NCBI GenBank assembly: GCA_964252075.1
Contig: CAXULY010000054.1
Coordinates: 1 to 28,936 of the forward strand
Reading direction: 5' to 3'
DNA length: 28,936 nt
Source: an uncultured Deinococcaceae bacterium
GTDB lineage: Bacteria; Deinococcota; Deinococci; Deinococcales; Deinococcaceae
Shown here: positions 25,228 through 28,936 of the stretch, piece after piece
Layout of the letters: every line of letters starts with the position of its first letter
Numbering within the stretch: the stretch's first letter is position 1
Made by a program: the position numbers and the translations under genes
The notes under the pieces: generated by a model
Databases searched by the model: none
The model's input: only the letters and a program-made list of their open reading frames with translations
Told to the model about the DNA's origin: nothing

Positions 25228-27768
25228 ATGGCCTGCAGCAAGTGCTTCCGTTGTGGACGCTGCAAGTGCAGGACCAAACCGGGTGTCACCGGGCAGTCGG
25301 TGCACGGCACGCCCTGCCAGTTCCGCGACGTCACGGTGCGCCAGGTGGTCGCCGCGGGCGTGATCCTCACGGACGGCACGCTGGCAAGCCTCCCGCCCGG
25401 CCTGCGTCCAGGCAAGGGCCAGCAGCTCACCATGGACTGCGAGGGGCGCCTGATGGGCAGCACGCCCTACCGCCGCCCCACGCCCCTCCCCCGCCGCCCG
25501 GAGCTCCCCGCCATCCCGCACGCGCCCCTGCTGACCAGCCAGCGGCCTGGCCCCGTGCACGCGCCCTTCAACGCCTTCGACGCGTTCTTCCCCCTCAACC
25601 CGGATGACACGGGCGTCAGCACGCCCGAGCGGCCGCGCCGCCTGGGCTTCCACGGCACCGGCTCGCCCTACCTGTGGCCGAACCCCGCCCGCCTGAAGCC
25701 GCCCGAGGGGTACATCTTCAACGCCGAGAACGGCACGCACGACACGATCACCGGGGTGCCGGACCACCCCGGCCACAAGGTGTGGCTCGGCAACAGCGGC
25801 TTCAAGGTCGTCTCCGAGGACTTCAGTTACCCGTACCTGCAGGGCCACCGCTTCCCGGTCAGCATGACCAACCAGAACGTCGCCATCGACACCAGCGGCA
25901 GCCCCGCGAACGACCAGATCCGCACCCGCTGGGGCATGCCCGACGAGGTGCTGGCGCTCGTCGGCGTGGACCCTCAGGGCGACGACATCGGCTGGCCGTA
26001 CTACAACAGCCTCACGCTGCTGCTGGGCGAGGCCAACGGCGTGCAGAACTTCGGGGTGATGTACACCCCCGAGTCGTGGCGCTCGCTCCTCGACGGCCAT
26101 CAGGTGGACTTCCCGCCGTACCGCTACGGCTCGGCGTCGCCCGACATCCTGCATGACTACAGCGTGCGCGAGCAGGACGGCACGGTCCACAACAAGGGCG
26201 AGTACCTGACGCTCAACCTGGAGTGGCACGACTGGAACGACCCGCCCGGCAAGAAGCGCACGATGGTCGCCACGTACCGCCTCGGCGGCGGCTTCGGCGG
26301 CGCCGCCCTCGCGTACCTGGGGCACAACGCGGGCTGGACGGACCAGAACATCAGCCTGGGTCGCGCCACCATCGGCGGCAGCGAGCTGTACATGGACCTG
26401 ACGGATTCGCGCCTGCAGCTGCGCTTCGCGAACCCCGACACGGGTGACCGCTACGCCACCGAGGTGCGCGGCGGGCTGTACCGCTCGGTGGGGGGCTTCA
26501 ATCAGGGTGGCGGGCGCATCCACCACTTCGTGGACCCCGCGCCGAGCCGGGACATCGTCAGCCCCATCCGCGCGGGAGCGGGGTTCCGCGAGCGGTCGGT
26601 CGAGCAGTCCACCGACCCGAACAACGCGCTGCAGTTGAGCGCGGGCGGCCCGCAGTACGGGCAGTCCGCCGCGGTGGGGGACGCGTCGGGCCGCATGGCG
26701 GTCATTGTGGCGGATTACGCCGGCCGGTGGTTCCAGGTGTTCGACGTGCAGACGGGCGCGTGGTCGCCGCAGTACACCCTCACGCAGTTCCTCACCTCGT
26801 TGGGCTTCGTGGCGCCGCCGGACCTGACCTCTGTGTCGTTCCTCGGCCTGTTCTCGCCGGACAACCGCTGGGACTGGCCGCTCGACCGCACCAGCCTCAA
26901 GGTGGAGCTGGTGCTCGGCGAGAACCACGCGCCGTACGTGCTGATGCTGGGCCTGTACGACGGCCTGCGCGACACCACGGACGCGCAGTGGCGCGCGGTG
27001 GGGCGCACAAGACCCCGCACGCGCGGGGCGTACAACGCCCTGAAGAAAGACCAGCGGCCGCCCGCTCCGGCGCACGGCCTGGTGCTGGCGGACATCAGCT
27101 ACGCGATCCTGCCGCTAGAGGACCCCCCGCCCCTCTCGGACGATCAGGGCAACCCGATCGAGTACGACCCGCCGATTCAGGACGGCGAGTTCACGTACAC
27201 CCTGGAGTACACGCCGGAGCCGCCCACCAAGAAGGGGGTCTATCCCTACCTGCGGCCGTCGAAGGTGGAGTTCAAGCGGGGCGGGGTGTGGAACGACCTT
27301 CCAGGTGGCGCCTCGAAGCTGCGCAAGCACGTCGCGGTGCACAGCTGGGCCGACCAGACCGACGACAGCACCTTCCTGGGCCCCGGGCAGTACCGCGTGA
27401 CCTTCGAGCACACGTGGGCGTGGCCGGGCGCGCAGGCGGGCCTCACGCTGATCGGGCGGATGCAGGGCGACGAGCGCGACATGCGCTGGACCGACCACCC
27501 GAACGACACCGCCCGGTCCGGCATCGGGCTGGGGCGCGGCGTGAGCATAAAGCCCGAGCCGTTCACGGACGGCGGAGGCAACACCTACCTCCAGAATCAC
27601 ACGGTCGCGTCGGGCTTCTGGCCGTTCCTCGTGACCACGTACGGCACCACCAACGTGGACGACCCGAGCGGGCCGCCGCAGGTGGTGGTGACGGTCGGGC
27701 CGGGCTGCCGACTCAGCCAGCTGCTCCTCGCCCCCGTCAGCACCTTCGACTCCAACAACAGCCGCTGA
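25228..27768 (+). CDS. Large minor tail / putative receptor-binding protein with Cys-rich N-terminus
   Basis: 846 aa directly after TAA; MACSKCFRCGRCKC; Gly/aromatic beta-rich body; tail-tip position. Confidence 0.65.
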   Translation: MACSKCFRCGRCKCRTKPGVTGQSVHGTPCQFRDVTVRQVVAAGVILTDGTLASLPPGLRPGKGQQLTMDCEGRLMGSTPYRRPTPLPRRPELPAIPHAPLLTSQRPGPVHAPFNAFDAFFPLNPDDTGVSTPERPRRLGFHGTGSPYLWPNPARLKPPEGYIFNAENGTHDTITGVPDHPGHKVWLGNSGFKVVSEDFSYPYLQGHRFPVSMTNQNVAIDTSGSPANDQIRTRWGMPDEVLALVGVDPQGDDIGWPYYNSLTLLLGEANGVQNFGVMYTPESWRSLLDGHQVDFPPYRYGSASPDILHDYSVREQDGTVHNKGEYLTLNLEWHDWNDPPGKKRTMVATYRLGGGFGGAALAYLGHNAGWTDQNISLGRATIGGSELYMDLTDSRLQLRFANPDTGDRYATEVRGGLYRSVGGFNQGGGRIHHFVDPAPSRDIVSPIRAGAGFRERSVEQSTDPNNALQLSAGGPQYGQSAAVGDASGRMAVIVADYAGRWFQVFDVQTGAWSPQYTLTQFLTSLGFVAPPDLTSVSFLGLFSPDNRWDWPLDRTSLKVELVLGENHAPYVLMLGLYDGLRDTTDAQWRAVGRTRPRTRGAYNALKKDQRPPAPAHGLVLADISYAILPLEDPPPLSDDQGNPIEYDPPIQDGEFTYTLEYTPEPPTKKGVYPYLRPSKVEFKRGGVWNDLPGGASKLRKHVAVHSWADQTDDSTFLGPGQYRVTFEHTWAWPGAQAGLTLIGRMQGDERDMRWTDHPNDTARSGIGLGRGVSIKPEPFTDGGGNTYLQNHTVASGFWPFLVTTYGTTNVDDPSGPPQVVVTVGPGCRLSQLLLAPVSTFDSNNSR
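27642..27768 (+). repeat. Direct repeat copy 1 (functional 3' end of the tail gene)
   Basis: Matches 28421-28544 at 106/124 aligned bases by hand count, with one codon gap. Confidence 0.9.
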
Positions 27769-27778
27769 TATGGCTGTG

Positions 27779-28333
27779 TCAATCACTTGGGGCACGTTGG
27801 AGCCACGCCCCAACGTGCTGAGCCGTCCGTTCGAGCGTGAGCGCCGTCGAGTCGAGGGTTTCTCCGGGCCAAAACGGCTCGGCTTGCCCAATCCACCGTT
27901 CCCAACGCATCCCTTCCCACCCGCCGTCGGTCAATACGTCCGGTCGCCACTCCGGGTACGCCTGGTGAGCGCGCAGCCACGCGGCCCAGCTCAACATGTC
28001 CTGCGACTCGGCCCCGTCCCCTCTGGCACGCAGCCGCCGGATCCGCTCGACATCGCCGACGTCCAGCAGCAGGTGCCGCACACCGGGAAGGTCGACCGCG
28101 GCAGGCGCGGCGAGCACCTCACCGAGCGGGCACTGCCCGAGCAGACCAAAATGACCCTTATGTGCGAGGGCCGTCTCCATCCAGTGTTGCAGGAGGCGTT
28201 GACGCTCCGCGGTGCCGCCGCCCGACCACCGTTCGTCAAAATCATGCCAACGCACGTCGGGATGGGCATGACGCAACAGCGGGAGCAGGGTGGACTTCCC
28301 AGAGCCGGATGCGCCACCGAGAACGAAGAACAT
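27779..28333 (-). CDS. P-loop nucleotide-kinase-like (AAA_33/NMP kinase-type) cargo protein
   Basis: MFFVLGGASGSGKST (Walker A), WHDFDE, LLDVGDVERIRRLRARG lid-like motif, LDST; 184 aa from ATG 28333; codon usage differs from the phage genes. Confidence 0.8.
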   Translation of the reverse strand: MFFVLGGASGSGKSTLLPLLRHAHPDVRWHDFDERWSGGGTAERQRLLQHWMETALAHKGHFGLLGQCPLGEVLAAPAAVDLPGVRHLLLDVGDVERIRRLRARGDGAESQDMLSWAAWLRAHQAYPEWRPDVLTDGGWEGMRWERWIGQAEPFWPGETLDSTALTLERTAQHVGAWLQRAPSD

Positions 28334-28338
28334 GCTTG

Positions 28339-28344
28339 ATGGTA
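28339..28344 (-). promoter_or_regulatory. -10 box TACCAT of a probable leaderless transcript
   Basis: TANNNT 5 nt before ATG 28333; no SD. Confidence 0.55.
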
Positions 28345-28420
28345 GAGCGGCGTTCATCAGCCACGCCTCTGCTTGGTGACGTACCGTGAGCGATCGTTGA
28401 ACAATGTCGCGCTCAGCCAT

Positions 28421-28544
28421 CGGCACGACGAACACGCACGACTTGAGCGGCCCACCGCCGGCGGTGCTGGTCGGGCAGGGCTGCTGACTCAGCCAGCTGC
28501 TCCTCGCGCCCGTCAGCACCTTCGACTTCAACAACAGCCGCTAG
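28421..28544 (+). pseudogene. Relict duplicate of the tail gene 3' end (direct repeat copy 2)
   Basis: Translates GTTNTHDLSGPPPAVLVGQGC*LSQLLLAPVSTFDFNNSR* vs GTTNVDDPSGPPQVVVTVGPGCRLSQLLLAPVSTFDSNNSR*; CGA>TGA nonsense change. Confidence 0.85.
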
Positions 28545-28554
28545 GAGGCGCACC

Positions 28555-28936
28555 TTGACGACCTTCAATCAGTCCTGGGAGCTGTTCAGCGCCGGGACGT
28601 ACGACATCACCCTCCAGGACGACCGCAACGGCCTGATCATCGTAGGCGTGAGCGGCCCGGCCTGCACCGTCTCGGTCAGCACGGACGGCGGCCTGACCTT
28701 CAACGAGGTCAGCAGCTTCCCCTCGCAGGCGCTGTATCAGGGCGCCCTGGTGCGCCTCGTGAAGGCGGCGAGCGGCGATCAGGAGACGCACGTGCGCTAC
28801 ACCGTGCCCGCCCCGCCGCAGCCCCCGATCAGCGCCACGCACCTCACGAGCGATGGCGTGCAGGTGTTCGCGGCGGGCGGCGCGGCGCCTGTGCTGGAGG
28901 TGCGGGTGAACGGCGTGACGTACAGCCTGCCCCTGG
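28555..28936 (+). CDS. Putative tail fibre/minor tail protein, 3'-truncated by the window
   Basis: AGGAGG 28543-48 and TTG 28555; frame open to the window end (xTTFNQSWELFSAGTY...); Asp-box-like STDGGLTF. Confidence 0.7.
   Translation, partial: MTTFNQSWELFSAGTYDITLQDDRNGLIIVGVSGPACTVSVSTDGGLTFNEVSSFPSQALYQGALVRLVKAASGDQETHVRYTVPAPPQPPISATHLTSDGVQVFAAGGAAPVLEVRVNGVTYSLPL

Larger units (their letters stand above)
1..28936 (+). mobile_element. Siphovirus-type phage/prophage packaging, head and tail morphogenesis module (truncated at both window ends)
   Basis: Contiguous co-oriented TerS-TerL-portal-protease-capsid-neck-tube-chaperone-tape measure-tail tip order; no tail sheath gene; no integrase or att site in the window, so free phage vs prophage cannot be decided. 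Confidence 0.95.

Noticed and set aside
27770..28339. + strand 189-aa ORF, and extension of the kinase ORF to 28534
   Set aside because: The + ORF is the antisense shadow of the kinase; the extension runs through the promoter and relict repeat
27642..28544. Diversity-generating retroelement VR/TR pair
   Set aside because: Only 4 of 18 mismatches are A in copy 2 (2 are A in copy 1), all AAC codons are invariant, several changes are synonymous, there is a codon indel, and no reverse transcriptase is in the window
1..28936. CRISPR array, tRNA/rRNA, intein or intron, tail sheath, lysis or integrase genes
   Set aside because: No repeat-spacer periodicity, cloverleaf, splicing motifs or matching protein motifs seen by eye

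Overview
A high-GC morphogenesis module of a long-tailed siphovirus or prophage, co-oriented on the + strand. Order: two tandem small-terminase-like paralogues, large terminase, portal, T4-gp21-type protease fused to a scaffold, DUF2190-like head cement, major capsid, head-tail joining genes, tail tube with a C-terminal CBM-like domain, tail chaperones (probable -1 frameshift), HK97-gp10-like gene, a ~2680-aa tape measure and tail-tip genes. Host is probably Deinococcus-like, inferred from GC content and leaderless TANNNT promoters. Main points of interest: (i) a ~506-bp transposase-free, inverted-repeat-bounded cargo cassette whose removal exactly restores a CTAG shared stop of two convergent genes; (ii) a second cargo gene (P-loop kinase) with short inverted ends, between two diverged copies of a tail gene's 3' end (DGR-like layout, not adenine-specific); (iii) apparent AUU/AUC initiation with identical RBS geometry for TerS-2 and the tape measure, plus an IF1-like OB-fold gene and an RNAP alpha-CTD-like protein. 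All functional calls come from motif recognition and synteny by eye; no searches were run.
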